64,000 nt of DNA from an uncultured delta proteobacterium (GCA_963706575.1 CAVPNL010000015.1:320001-384000); one strand, 5' to 3'. Counted from the first letter of the stretch, positions 1 to 10,171 are shown. Translations and numbers: made by a program. The notes: a model not told the origin generated them from the sequence alone.

Positions 1-50
1 TATCTTTTTTTAGTTCCTCTAATGACAGCATTTCGTATGCCTTTCTGAAG

Positions 51-105
51 GTAGTGCGGGCCACCGTGCCCGCATACTTTAGGTCGGCACAGTGGCCGAC
101 CCTAC
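51..105. repeat. Inverted pair of GTAG-type REP palindromes (REPIN-like doublet)
   Basis: GTAGTGCGGGCCACCGTGCCCGCA (51-74) faces GTCGGCACAGTGGCCGACCCTAC (83-105; revcomp GTAGGGTCGGCCACTGTGCCGAC); each is GTAG plus an imperfect hairpin. Confidence 0.65.
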
Positions 106-257
106 TATCATAAAATTGCCTTATCGGCGCCGCTGGCATATGGGTGCCGACAGGTGCAACCCGTCTCCCGTTTGTCCGTTGGCCGGTAAAAAAAATAAAT
201 CAGACAGCTTTCTTTTTTTAACGGGCGATACGCGCTCAACGGAACAACGCGCTCAAC

Positions 258-1622
258 CTAAAACGGTAATTTTGCCGTTTCGAGCAAATCCGGGTGATCG
301 CCTAAAAACCGGTATAAGGTGGCTCGGCCCACACCCAGAAGTTTGGCGGCTTTGACCTTATTTCCGCCGGTTCTTTCCAGGGCCGTTCGCACCGAGTCCG
401 AATCCAGTTTGCGGGATGGCCCCCGCCGCATGCAGATATTTTCAAGATCGCGAAGCTCCAGCGGCAGATCATCGGCAGAAATCACCCGCCCGTTGGACTT
501 CACAATGGCAAACTGAATCGCATTTTGTAATTCACGCACATTCCCCGGCCAGCGATAATCCAGCATCAACGACATGGCTTTGCTGGAAATCTTCAGTTTT
601 TTTTTGCCGTAACGCTCCCGCGCTTCCTGTAAAAAATGTTCGCTCAGAAGGGGAATGTCGATTTTGCGGTCACGCAGCGGCGGAAGATGGGTGGGGATCA
701 CATTCAGCCGGTAGTAAAGATCTTCCCGGAATTTGCCGCGCTTAACTGCTTCTTTCAGATTTTTGTTGGTGGCGCTGATCACGCGCACATCAACGCTAAT
801 CGTCTGTTCTCCGCCGACCCTCTCAAACTGGCCTTCCTGTAAAAAGCGCAGAATTTTGGCCTGCATATTATTTGAAAGCTCGGTTACCTCATCCAGAAAC
901 ATCGTACCGGTGTCTGCCAGTTCAAAACGCCCCTTTTTATCCCGGATGGCGCCGGTAAAGGCGCCTTTCACATGTCCGAAAAGTTCACTTTCAATCAGGC
1001 CCTCCGGCAGGGCCCCGCAATTAATCGGGACAAAGGGCGCGCCGCCGCGACGGCTTTCGCTGTGGATGGCCGCAGCCACAAGCTCCTTGCCGGTACCGGT
1101 TTCACCGGAGATGTGAACCGGATAATCATAATCGGCAACATCTTTGATCTGTTTAAAGAGCGATATCATCTTGCTGTCCTGGCCGATGATGTTGCCAAAA
1201 CTGGTCAGCTCCCCGGCACGCTCTTTGAGACTGAAAATATCGGTAACATCCTTAAATGATGTCAGTACACCGGTATGCTGTTCGCTGGCATCCCGCATGC
1301 TGGTTACCGTCATCTCGATGCGTCTCAACTCGCCTCTTTTGGTGCTGATGTTCAGCGTGTATTCCGATTTTTCAGCCAGTTTGGGCGGATCTTCACAAAA
1401 GACACAGCGCTCCCCGCAAAATGGACTGCCAAAGGCCTCATGGCAATCCCGGCCCAGTATGTCTTCACGCCGGTAACCGGTGATGCGTTCGGCTTCGGTA
1501 TTGAAAAAAAAGATGCACCGGTCCATGTCGTGGGCAATAATCCCTTCTTTGAGATTATCCAGGACATTTTCCAGGTTATCCCGGTGGCACATTAAATTTT
1601 CTAAAGAATAATCCGACATCAT
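258..1622 (-). CDS. PAS-domain sigma54-dependent enhancer-binding transcriptional regulator (Fis HTH)
   Basis: N-terminal PAS; Walker A GETGTGKE; ESELFGHVKGAFTGA; FLDE; FREDLYYRLNV; WPGNVRELQN; C-terminal HTH AAKLLGVGRATLYR. Confidence 0.95.
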   Translation of the reverse strand: MMSDYSLENLMCHRDNLENVLDNLKEGIIAHDMDRCIFFFNTEAERITGYRREDILGRDCHEAFGSPFCGERCVFCEDPPKLAEKSEYTLNISTKRGELRRIEMTVTSMRDASEQHTGVLTSFKDVTDIFSLKERAGELTSFGNIIGQDSKMISLFKQIKDVADYDYPVHISGETGTGKELVAAAIHSESRRGGAPFVPINCGALPEGLIESELFGHVKGAFTGAIRDKKGRFELADTGTMFLDEVTELSNNMQAKILRFLQEGQFERVGGEQTISVDVRVISATNKNLKEAVKRGKFREDLYYRLNVIPTHLPPLRDRKIDIPLLSEHFLQEARERYGKKKLKISSKAMSLMLDYRWPGNVRELQNAIQFAIVKSNGRVISADDLPLELRDLENICMRRGPSRKLDSDSVRTALERTGGNKVKAAKLLGVGRATLYRFLGDHPDLLETAKLPF

Positions 1623-2101
1623 AAAAATTTTTCTTCGATCATATCTGCCAGCGGCACCACATCTTCAAATCCGAATTTTGGAACCTTTAATTGGAGATCA
1701 ACATCGGTCACCACTGCAATCAGAAGCTCATCATTTTCTAAGAGCGGTTCGGAATGCCGCGCGGAGCGCACGATTTCAATCTTCGGTTTGTTCCCTGTTT
1801 TGTAACCCTCGGTAATAACCAGATCAACATCTTTAAAATAGCCCAGCAGGCTATCCATGTCGCCGGAGTGATCATTTCTGACCATAGCAATTTTTCCGGG
1901 TGAGTGAAAAATAACGGTATCGGCACCCGCGGCTTTATGTCGGGAACTGTCCTTGCCCGACCGGTCGATGTCGGGGTTATGGTGCGAGTGTTTAATGGTG
2001 CCGATTGTGTATCCGCGTTTTTTGAATTCGGGAATCAGCTTTTCAATAAGTGTGGTTTTGCCGGATTGAGAGCGTCCGACAATCGATACAACCGGTGGCA
2101 T
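1619..2101 (-). CDS. mobB: Molybdopterin-guanine dinucleotide biosynthesis protein B
   Basis: GRSQSGKTTLIEKL, GTIKHSHH, DRSGKDS, DLVITEGYK motifs; stop overlaps the start of the regulator. Confidence 0.92.
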   Translation of the reverse strand: MPPVVSIVGRSQSGKTTLIEKLIPEFKKRGYTIGTIKHSHHNPDIDRSGKDSSRHKAAGADTVIFHSPGKIAMVRNDHSGDMDSLLGYFKDVDLVITEGYKTGNKPKIEIVRSARHSEPLLENDELLIAVVTDVDLQLKVPKFGFEDVVPLADMIEEKFL

Positions 2102-2141
2102 AAGTCTAACCTATTACATTAAGATTCTACGATTATTTTTT

Positions 2142-2223
2142 ACCGCGAAGGCCACAAAGAAACAAATTTTTTAATTTTGTTCTAATCTTGGTGTGTCTTC
2201 GTGTACTATGTGTTCTTTGTGGT
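2142..2223. repeat. Intergenic imperfect inverted repeat (ACCACGAAG/CTTCGTGGT-type family)
   Basis: ACCGCGAAGGCCACAAAGA...CTTCGTG..TGTTCTTTGTGGT; related element near 59138-59238. Confidence 0.5.
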
Positions 2224-2487
2224 GAACAACGAAACATCAATTAACCTGAAATTACATCCTTCACAACCGATAATGAAATGACCGGCTGCCGGGTAGCAAA
2301 GCAAAACTAAGGTGCAAAAAAAAGAATGTCAAGCCATTTGAACGTTAGCCGCTCTATAGTTCTGGCCAAAGATCACCCAACTGATACAACCGTAAGGATA
2401 AAAAAGTATTGATATCTTAATTCTAACGATTATCATAGCAAAAATATTATCAAAGGCTCAGGGATCAGCGGTTCAATGTTTAACGAT

Positions 2488-2578
2488 TTGTTAAATTAGT
2501 TTTATTTGTTTTATTGGTTGAATTGGTTGGCATAAACCGAACCAATTGAACAAATTAAACCAATCAAACCAATCTAAC
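2488..2578. repeat. Low-complexity palindromic element (TTGGTT... then AACCAA... 9-mer units), family A
   Basis: Run of ATTGGTT units followed by a run of AACCAAT units; similar elements at 7722-7812, 15291-15372 and 52107-52208. Confidence 0.7.
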
Positions 2579-2647
2579 GGTATAATAGATGCCTTGAGTG
2601 CCGGGCTTATACATACTTTGTGAGTCCGTGGCTAAATAAAATTTAAT

Positions 2648-3532
2648 ATGGACCCCATCCTCGAAGTAAAAAATCTGGTAAAAAAATATGACAAGATCGT
2701 GGCGGTTGACGGGATCAGCTTTGCCCTGCGGCAGGGGATCTGTTTCGGTCTGCTGGGTCCGAACGGCGCCGGTAAAACCACGACGATTGAAGTCATTGAA
2801 GACGTTATCCCGCCAACAGCCGGTGAGGTTTTTTACAAGGGCACTGCCCGCACACCATCATTTCGGGAAAAGGTTGGCATTCAGTTTCAGAGTACGGCTC
2901 TGTTAAATCTTCTGACGGTTCGGGAAACATTAGAAACATTTCAAAGCTTTTTCAGGAAGACCGCTACCATAGAAGAGCTGGTGAAGCTGTGCCGGCTGGC
3001 TGAATTCCTGGATCAATACAATGACAAGATATCCGGCGGGCAACGCCAGCGCTTCCTGCTGGCCCTGGCCCTTATCAATCGGCCCGAGCTGCTCTTTTTG
3101 GATGAGCCTTCAACGGGCCTGGATCCCCAGGCCAGGCGTAATTTATGGGACTTAATCCAGGGAATCAAAGCTGAAGGTAAAACCATCATTTTGACCACCC
3201 ATTACATGGAAGAGGCGCAGTATCTCTGCGATGAAGTGGCTATCATGGATTACGGCAAAATCATTGCGCAAGGATCTCCCGATGAGCTGATTCGACAATA
3301 CAGCCGCGGGATTACTGTGGTCCTACCCAAGGCACATTATGCTCTTAAGGCAAACAGTTTTCCGCTGCCTGTCCGTGAAGTCAAAGACACCATCGAGATT
3401 AAAACCGATGATGTCAATCAGTGTCTGGAGCAACTCATTTCCCATGATATCGATTTATCCGATATCACGGTCCGGACGCCCAATCTGGAAACAGTATTCT
3501 TGAATTTGACCGGACGTAAACTGCGAGAATAA
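2648..3532 (+). CDS. ABC transporter ATP-binding protein (ABC-2/DrrA-like exporter)
   Basis: GPNGAGKTT, ISGGQRQR, LFLDEPSTGLDP, TTHYMEEA. Confidence 0.95.
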   Translation: MDPILEVKNLVKKYDKIVAVDGISFALRQGICFGLLGPNGAGKTTTIEVIEDVIPPTAGEVFYKGTARTPSFREKVGIQFQSTALLNLLTVRETLETFQSFFRKTATIEELVKLCRLAEFLDQYNDKISGGQRQRFLLALALINRPELLFLDEPSTGLDPQARRNLWDLIQGIKAEGKTIILTTHYMEEAQYLCDEVAIMDYGKIIAQGSPDELIRQYSRGITVVLPKAHYALKANSFPLPVREVKDTIEIKTDDVNQCLEQLISHDIDLSDITVRTPNLETVFLNLTGRKLRE

Positions 3533-3534
3533 TC

Positions 3535-4584
3535 ATGAGCTTAAAACGCCTGTGGTCCATTTTAAAGGCCAGAAATCTGGAGTTCTTCCGCGACCGTTCG
3601 GCTTTCGGCTGGAATTTTTTATTCCCCTTTCTGCTGGTTGCCGGGTTTGGAATTATCTTCGGCGGCAAGGCCTACACGGAGTATAAAATCGGCGTATTTC
3701 CGTCCGAATCAGCCCAGGTCTCCATCGAGCGGCTCAACATCCCGCAGCGTTTTAAAGATATGAACTATCTTAAATTTATCGGATTTCAAAATGCCGAAGA
3801 AGGCCTGGAAAAGCTAAAGCATCACCGCATTGATTTTTTGATAAAAACCGGCAATGGATCCCATAAATACTGGGTCAGCGATACTTCGCCCAAGGGATAT
3901 GTTGTCGAGCAAATGTTTAAAGCCAGCCTGCTTCCCCCTGAAAGCGCCGCCAACGCCCAAAGAAAAGAAATTCAGGGAAGCGCAATCCGCTATATCGACT
4001 GGCTGTTTCCGGGTATCCTGGCGATGAACATGATGTTCAGCGCGCTCTGGGGCGTTGGATATGTTGTGGTGCGCTATCGTAAAAACGGCGTACTTAAGCG
4101 ACTCAAGGTCACACCCTTAACGGCCTTTGAGTATATAACGGCCCAGGCCATTTCACGAATTTTTCTGCTCATGTTTACCCTGGTGATTGTCTGGACCGGA
4201 TGCGATCTCATTTTTGCATTCGAAGTGCAGGGCTCCTATGTCGATTTGTTTATTATTTTTTTTCTCGGCAGCCTGAGCCTGACGGCCCTGGGTCTGGTGC
4301 TGGCTTCCCGAGGAACCAGCGAGGAATTTACCACGGGAATTTTAAACTTTATCTCCTGGCCGATGATGTTTCTATCCGAAGTCTGGTTTTCGCTGGAAGG
4401 CGCACCGGGGTGGGTGAAAAGTTTCGCAAAAATTTTCCCGCTGACCCACATGCTCACCGCCGCCCGCAAGATCATGCATGACGGCGCCGGATTGATCGAT
4501 GTCGGCTCGCAAATTATGATTCTTTCGCTGATGACCGTGGGTTTTTTAACGCTGGGGGCTGCATTATTCTCGTGGAACAAGTAG
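3535..4584 (+). CDS. ABC-2 type transporter permease
   Basis: Multiple TM segments; YIDWLFPGILAM, GVLKRLKVTPL, FPLTH; directly follows the ATPase. Confidence 0.92.
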   Translation: MSLKRLWSILKARNLEFFRDRSAFGWNFLFPFLLVAGFGIIFGGKAYTEYKIGVFPSESAQVSIERLNIPQRFKDMNYLKFIGFQNAEEGLEKLKHHRIDFLIKTGNGSHKYWVSDTSPKGYVVEQMFKASLLPPESAANAQRKEIQGSAIRYIDWLFPGILAMNMMFSALWGVGYVVVRYRKNGVLKRLKVTPLTAFEYITAQAISRIFLLMFTLVIVWTGCDLIFAFEVQGSYVDLFIIFFLGSLSLTALGLVLASRGTSEEFTTGILNFISWPMMFLSEVWFSLEGAPGWVKSFAKIFPLTHMLTAARKIMHDGAGLIDVGSQIMILSLMTVGFLTLGAALFSWNK

Positions 4585-4728
4585 AATCTATCACAAAAAT
4601 GCGTCTAAGTGTCCAGGGCCGCGTTGTCCCGCCCGAGTTGAAATACTCACGTACTCCGTGTACGCTCCGTTTTCAACTCGCGGGACGCCTTGCCCTGAAC
4701 CCCGATCCACAATTTTTGAGATAGATTC
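4584..4728. repeat. ~145-bp long-hairpin ERIC-like element, copy 1
   Basis: Termini GAATCTATC.CAAAAAT...ATTTTTGAGATAGATTC; minus-strand core AAGGCG...GAGCGTAC...GTACGTGA...CAACGC; begins at the permease stop codon. Confidence 0.75.
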
Positions 4729-4761
4729 AAGAAGCGGTCTTAAACGTGCGTTAAGGCAAGT

Positions 4762-4884
4762 GCATTAAAGTTAAGAGTGATCTAAAGTGACTAAAGTTGA
4801 GGAATTCTGTCAATCATATAAAAAAGATGGGGCCTCGCGACTCCTTAACTTTAGTCACTTCACACTTTAGTTCACTTTAGTCAC
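4762..4884. repeat. Palindromic repeat family B (CTAAAGTG/CACTTTAG units around GGAATTCTGTCAAT...AAGATGG core)
   Basis: Same core appears inverted at 17199-17325 and as a half copy at 12533-12590; supplies the stop codon of the 4877..5821 ORF. Confidence 0.7.
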
Positions 4885-5821
4885 TATCATTTTGTGTTTT
4901 CTGCTCTTGGTTTTGTGGCTGGGATTTAGCGGCAGCGGGATTGGCCTGGACCGCTTTTTTCCGGGGAATAAATTCAGCTATAAAATGAGTGGAATGAATA
5001 ACTGAGATGGTTTTAACGGCCACAAAAATGGAACCAAGCACCAGCAGATAGACCAGGCTGCCTTCAACCCGGTTGAGCAAGCCCTCCACGGCCATAGCGA
5101 TGTAAAGCAACAGAAAGATTTCTAGAATTGCATTGAGCAGCCCGAGCAAATAGTGGCGAGTATAAAAATAACCGCCTCCCGGAAAAAGAATAGCCAGAAT
5201 ATAGGCAATGATTTTGTTTTTAAACTTTAAACCACAGGACTCGCAGACATATTTTGCGGCTGTCAGCAGCCGGGTGCACTGCGGGCAAAGGTGAAATCGT
5301 TCGCCCACCTGACTTTTGGTCCCCGAGAAGGGCTTTTGTTTAAGCAATGCCCTGATTTTTTTCCTTTCCGACAGCGCAATGGCTTTAAACTTCTCTATTT
5401 TGCCGGATTTTGTATGCTGCACAACCAGGGTTCCGCCCTTTAGCTCAATGGATTGGCAACCGGAGTAGTAAATCTGAGAGAGCGATTGCTTGAATTTGTA
5501 ATTCGGGGTGGTCGGCACATGAAAAATTCGATGATTGGTAAAGACAAACAGGGAGCGTTTAAGATAAACAAATAAGAAGCCGGTAACATATTGGGGCAGG
5601 GATGTAATCGGAGAATATCCGGTCGAAACCTGCAAAATCTTCTCACCGGTTTTCAAAAAGGGTTTGAGAAAGGATAATTTGACAATAAATTTGCGCTGCC
5701 GATTTTCAATTCGTTTTTTATAAATTTTTTTATGATTGGAAAACAGGGTTTCGCGATCAACCGGCAGCCCAAAAATCTGCGGCCCCATTATGCCGGTCGG
5801 TTCAAAGGCTTTATCTGCCAT
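4877..5821 (-). CDS. Hypothetical membrane protein (PH-like N-terminal region, double CxxC zinc ribbon, TM2-like C-terminus)
   Basis: 314-aa ORF with RBS; CPQC...CESC; LFPGGGYFY TM2-like motif; C-terminal TM helices. Confidence 0.7.
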   Translation of the reverse strand: MADKAFEPTGIMGPQIFGLPVDRETLFSNHKKIYKKRIENRQRKFIVKLSFLKPFLKTGEKILQVSTGYSPITSLPQYVTGFLFVYLKRSLFVFTNHRIFHVPTTPNYKFKQSLSQIYYSGCQSIELKGGTLVVQHTKSGKIEKFKAIALSERKKIRALLKQKPFSGTKSQVGERFHLCPQCTRLLTAAKYVCESCGLKFKNKIIAYILAILFPGGGYFYTRHYLLGLLNAILEIFLLLYIAMAVEGLLNRVEGSLVYLLVLGSIFVAVKTISVIHSTHFIAEFIPRKKAVQANPAAAKSQPQNQEQKTQNDSD

Positions 5822-5973
5822 CTACAGTAATACTCCTTCCCTTTATTCAGTGTCTCCCCAAGTGGTCCCATCAATCTCAAAATTGAAAAACAGCATTTTA
5901 AATTTCTAGTAAAATAATACTGTTTTAAGACCAGTTCTATATTAATATATATAATATCATAAAGAAGTAAAGA

Positions 5974-6969
5974 TTAAACAATGCCGGTGATAATACCGGA
6001 GTCGTTGGGGGTTTGGACGGTAAGGCGTTGGATATCCTTTGCGCCGGCGGCGGCCAGCATGTCCATGAGCTGCTGTTCTGAATAGGCTTGTCCGGAATCG
6101 GTTCCCAGCAGCATATTGAGGGAAAAAAGGGCTGGGAAAAGGGGGCCGTCCATGGAATTATCAAGGATAAATTCATGAATGATAAGGATTCCACCCTGTT
6201 CCAGCGCGGCAGCCGCTTTTTCAATAATTTTTTTGCACTCCTCCGGACCTTCACCGTGCAGAATGTGGGAAAGCCAGACCGCATCGAAGCGGCTCTCAAT
6301 ATCATCTTTCAGATAATTACCACCCTGAAAATCAATCCGATCCGACAGATCAAAGCGCTTAATGGTTTTTTCGGCAAATGGCCGGGAGGTGGGCAAGTCA
6401 AAAACAGTGGCTCTTAATTGCGGATTGTGGCGGCAAAAATGAATCGCATAGGTGCCGGGGCCGCCCCCCAGATCAAGCAGATGCCGGCAGGAGGAAATAT
6501 CAATTTTAGGAATGAGCATCGGCGCCATATTCATGGCCATGTTAAACATGCCCATTAAAAAACTTTCTCTCCATTCTTCATCGTTGAAGGTGGACCGCTC
6601 ACGAATCGCCTGACCGGATTGAACGCTCTGATCCAGCCGCGACCAGGATTCGACCAAGTGGTGGTGATGCATTATGATATTGCCGAGGTATTTAGGGGAG
6701 TCTTTGGAAAGAAATTCTCTGGCAGAAGACGTGTTGACGTATTTATCATCTGCTTTTGTCAGCAGTTCCATGGCGACCAGCGCACTGAGCAGCCGTTGCA
6801 TGCCTCTGGACGAGGTCTTTAGCCTGTCCGACACTTCTGCACTTGCCAACTGCTCCTCGCCCAGGCAGGTAAATACATCCAGCTTAACGGCGGCATGCAG
6901 GGTGCAGGTCTTCCAGAAGTACCCGGATAGCTCGAGTAGTTCGCCGGGGTTCCATTTGTGATTCGCCAT
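5974..6969 (-). CDS. SAM-dependent O-methyltransferase (dimerisation domain plus Methyltransf_2)
   Basis: LHAAVKLDVF winged-helix start; LLDLGGGPG; ATVFDLP; LSHILH; FSLNML. Confidence 0.92.
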   Translation of the reverse strand: MANHKWNPGELLELSGYFWKTCTLHAAVKLDVFTCLGEEQLASAEVSDRLKTSSRGMQRLLSALVAMELLTKADDKYVNTSSAREFLSKDSPKYLGNIIMHHHHLVESWSRLDQSVQSGQAIRERSTFNDEEWRESFLMGMFNMAMNMAPMLIPKIDISSCRHLLDLGGGPGTYAIHFCRHNPQLRATVFDLPTSRPFAEKTIKRFDLSDRIDFQGGNYLKDDIESRFDAVWLSHILHGEGPEECKKIIEKAAAALEQGGILIIHEFILDNSMDGPLFPALFSLNMLLGTDSGQAYSEQQLMDMLAAAGAKDIQRLTVQTPNDSGIITGIV

Positions 6970-6996
6970 CGTCGCTATTTTTTACTGAGATTTCGT

Positions 6997-7533
6997 CTAT
7001 GATGGGGGTTTTTCCCCATTTGCGATTCGTGCCTTTTTTTCTTTATCAGACAACAATTCCCAGGCACGCCGTTCGGGCGTCATCGTCCAGAAGGGAGTGC
7101 CATCTTTGGTAAGGCGGACTTTTACGATTTCAAAGTCGGGATCTTTTTTAATCTTGGCGGCCATAAAAACATCCTTGCCGTCAATTTCGGCCCAGACGCC
7201 TTTTACTTTGATGCGCTCATTTTTCTTCAGCGGTATTTCGCTGGGTTTTCGATACCAGGTTGGGCAGAGATGAACTTCAATAAGATCGCCTCCTTCGAGC
7301 ACCTCGACCGCGGTGGCCGGTGACATACCCGGCATCGGTATGACTTCTTTGGCCCGCACATACCAGGCCCGGATCGTTTCGAATTCTCTAACATCATAAT
7401 GCTTGTTGTATTCGCTGCCGATCTCCCAGCCCGCCATCAATTTGGGATCAACATCTTCGGCGTTAGCCATCATGAAGTTTGCCGCAAAAATCAAAATTAT
7501 TAATATTTTTAAAACATTGTGGTATCTTTTCAT
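6997..7533 (-). CDS. Secreted hypothetical protein with OB-fold-like domain
   Basis: Signal peptide ending ANA; IEVHLCPTWY...IKVKG...VFMAAKI...RLTKDGTPFW pattern; AGGAGG RBS. Confidence 0.7.
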   Translation of the reverse strand: MKRYHNVLKILIILIFAANFMMANAEDVDPKLMAGWEIGSEYNKHYDVREFETIRAWYVRAKEVIPMPGMSPATAVEVLEGGDLIEVHLCPTWYRKPSEIPLKKNERIKVKGVWAEIDGKDVFMAAKIKKDPDFEIVKVRLTKDGTPFWTMTPERRAWELLSDKEKKARIANGEKPPS

Positions 7534-7721
7534 ATAATCCTCCTCTATAAAGACTGGAATGGCCCAACTCGTATGGAACCTATTTTATTGATTATATTAT
7601 ATCCATCGAAATCAGTTTTGCAACTCTGAAATTAGCCGAGTACCGTGGACAAAATTGGGCTGTTTTATATAGAAACAGACGGTTATAGTCTCAAATGGGT
7701 TTACAAATCTCTATAGAAGTA

Positions 7722-7812
7722 TTTGTTCAATTGGTTTTATTGGTCTTATTGGTTGAATTCGTTGGCTTAAACCGAACCAATCGAACGAATTAAACCAATT
7801 AAACAAATGTAA
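7722..7812. repeat. Family A low-complexity palindrome
   Basis: ATTGGTT/AACCAAT unit runs in inverted orientation. Confidence 0.65.
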
Positions 7813-7881
7813 CGTTCGCCAACTGACTGACACTTGAAATCCGTCACCTTAGTTTGGACCAAGTTGAAAACGCTGCTGACA

Positions 7882-9027
7882 TTAGGAGACAGAATACAAC
7901 AACTGCCCCTCCCCGTACACCGCCACCGGGTAACTGGCCAGATCGAAGGGATCCCCGTTCCAGCAAACAAAAGATGCCCATTTGCCTTTTTCCAGTGTGC
8001 CGAGTCGGTTATCAATTCCCAGAATTTTGGAATTACGACGTGAAATTAATTCAATGGCCTGTTGTTTGGATAAACCGGCCCGCAAAAACCATCGGGTTTG
8101 CAGCAATAGCTGACGTGCAAGGGTTACCGGATGATCCGTCATAAGACCAAATTCAACACCGGATTCCACCAGGAAGCGTACATTGCGCCGGTCCTCATGT
8201 TTAAGTTCCACTTTATAAGCGAATGAATCGATCGGACCGTAAACAACCGGAATTTTGCGCTTCTTTAATTCCTGAAAAATCTCCGGCCGGTGAACATCCC
8301 CGGCGTGATCAACGGTAACCTTAATTTTAAATTCATCAACCAGTCGCAAAAGTGCGGCAATATCATCTATTTTGTGGACGTGCGCGCGCAGGCGAATTTT
8401 ACGACTCAATAAATTCCGCAGCACCATATCTTCAGCAGAAAACTGGATATCTTCCTTTTTGCTGCCCCTGGCTTTACGGTATTTTTGAATCTTCTGCCGC
8501 ACCTCATCCAACCGGCTGCGCAGCATGGCAACGGCCCCCATGCGGGTGGTGGGGCGTTTGCCTTTCCAGGCTTTTGTTTTCATGGGATTGAACCCAAACG
8601 CGCCTTTTAGTCCGGCACGGGTAATTAAGGCGTCTGTGCTGGAGGCGGCGTAATTTCTAATAACCGCCGAAAGGCCACCGATAATATTGCCGCTGCCCGG
8701 CAGCACACACGAGTATAAGACGCCCATTTCCACTGCGTCTTTTAGCGCCTTATCATCCATTTGGATTGAATCCAGCGCATCTGTCAGCACCAGAATGGGA
8801 TCTTGGTGTTCATTGGCCTCCCCTTCGGTATTGGGCTCCCCGGCACGCTCCATACCGATGTGGCTATGGGGATCAATAAAGGCAGGGGTCAGCACATCAA
8901 ATTTTCCTAAATTGCGGCCGGTTTTTGTTTTTGAAATGGCGCTGATCTTTTTAGCGTTAAACAAAAGGTGCGCATTCGAAAGCATTTTTTTTCCGGTGTA
9001 GATGGTCTTGGCAGAAACGTAATTCAT
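7882..9027 (-). CDS. Metal-dependent amidohydrolase (imidazolonepropionase-like)
   Basis: PAFIDPHSHIG, LPGSGNIIGG, RAHVH, TDHPV, GTLEKGKWA motifs. Confidence 0.9.
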   Translation of the reverse strand: MNYVSAKTIYTGKKMLSNAHLLFNAKKISAISKTKTGRNLGKFDVLTPAFIDPHSHIGMERAGEPNTEGEANEHQDPILVLTDALDSIQMDDKALKDAVEMGVLYSCVLPGSGNIIGGLSAVIRNYAASSTDALITRAGLKGAFGFNPMKTKAWKGKRPTTRMGAVAMLRSRLDEVRQKIQKYRKARGSKKEDIQFSAEDMVLRNLLSRKIRLRAHVHKIDDIAALLRLVDEFKIKVTVDHAGDVHRPEIFQELKKRKIPVVYGPIDSFAYKVELKHEDRRNVRFLVESGVEFGLMTDHPVTLARQLLLQTRWFLRAGLSKQQAIELISRRNSKILGIDNRLGTLEKGKWASFVCWNGDPFDLASYPVAVYGEGQLLYSVS

Positions 9028-9060
9028 AACAAATCCTTATCAGGTTAGGTGTGGGCATAT

Positions 9061-9816
9061 TTAAAATTTTAAAATCCGCTTATCATCAAAGATGATCTCC
9101 TGGTATCCGAACAGTGCGCTTAAATGGTGCAAGAAGGCATGTTGGCCTTTATTCTGCCACAATTTGGAAATGGCGGCATTTGCATTTCTATACTGGTCCT
9201 CATTTTCTTGAAGCGACAACGGGCGGTCCGGGCTCGACATATCAGCAATGGTCTCGGAAATTAAATTCAGCCACATCTGGCTGGCGCCCATAATAAAATA
9301 AGGCCAGTTTTTTTGAATGGAAGGCGGCCAGGAGGCATCACTGGTGTCTTCGATGCGGGGTTTGGTGATTCTGCCCGTATTATCATACTGATCTTTAATC
9401 ATTAATCCGGCCGATTTTATTTCCGACAGCAATTCATTCGAACGCAGCATAATAAAGACCCGATAGGCCGTTTTTGCAGGAGCATAAAAAATAAAGCTAA
9501 ACTGATGGCCAGCATGGTCCCGAACTGCGCGGCGGTGAAATCGCCAGAGATTAATTTCATCCTTGTAATGCGCCAGAGCCGGCGCAACGATTTTATGGGC
9601 AATGAGTAAATCCAAATGCCAGTTTGCCTTTTCTTCTGCCGGCCAGTGCATGCGAAATTTTGCAAACCACCATCCATAGGATGAGGCGATCTCTAGTGGT
9701 GGCGCAACCGTCTCTGGTGATTTGGTCGGACCTGTTATGGCACATCCTGTGATAACCATCATTAAAAAAATGAGTAAAACCGATATCAATCGGCAAGCAA
9801 ACTTATTTCGTACCAT
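9061..9816 (-). CDS. Hypothetical lipoprotein
   Basis: Signal peptide with lipobox-like ITGC; GAGGAG RBS; 251 aa. Confidence 0.75.
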   Translation of the reverse strand: MVRNKFACRLISVLLIFLMMVITGCAITGPTKSPETVAPPLEIASSYGWWFAKFRMHWPAEEKANWHLDLLIAHKIVAPALAHYKDEINLWRFHRRAVRDHAGHQFSFIFYAPAKTAYRVFIMLRSNELLSEIKSAGLMIKDQYDNTGRITKPRIEDTSDASWPPSIQKNWPYFIMGASQMWLNLISETIADMSSPDRPLSLQENEDQYRNANAAISKLWQNKGQHAFLHHLSALFGYQEIIFDDKRILKF

Positions 9817-9864
9817 TTCACTCCTCTATTTTGCTTTCCATACCAAACCGCCATTTGTGCTTTG

Positions 9865-10143
9865 TTACGTTCGCTTTGACCGCTGTAATTGAATGGTGAC
9901 AAGATTTTTCGGATCCGGGCACCCCAGTTGAATGCTGTCTCCCTTCCACCACGGCAGCGAGCCCCCGAACTGGAAGGTCTGCAGGCTGGGAAATATATCG
10001 TGGTAGAACCAGCCGCACAGCCCCCCGGAGTCAAAACAGCTGATTTCAAAGGTTTCCCCCTCTTTATGGCATGCATCGCATTCGCCCTTGACGCTTAAAA
10101 CGGTGGCTTTGATTTGATAGCCCAATTGTGGATCGTGTGCCAT
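9865..10143 (-). CDS. TIGR04076-family Cys-rich small protein
   Basis: KGEC..HKEGETF, GLCGWFYHDIFP, CPDPKNLV; start chosen from GAGGAGG spacing. Confidence 0.8.
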   Translation of the reverse strand: MAHDPQLGYQIKATVLSVKGECDACHKEGETFEISCFDSGGLCGWFYHDIFPSLQTFQFGGSLPWWKGDSIQLGCPDPKNLVTIQLQRSKRT

Positions 10144-10171
10144 TTTCATTCCTCCTCGCATACGGATTACC

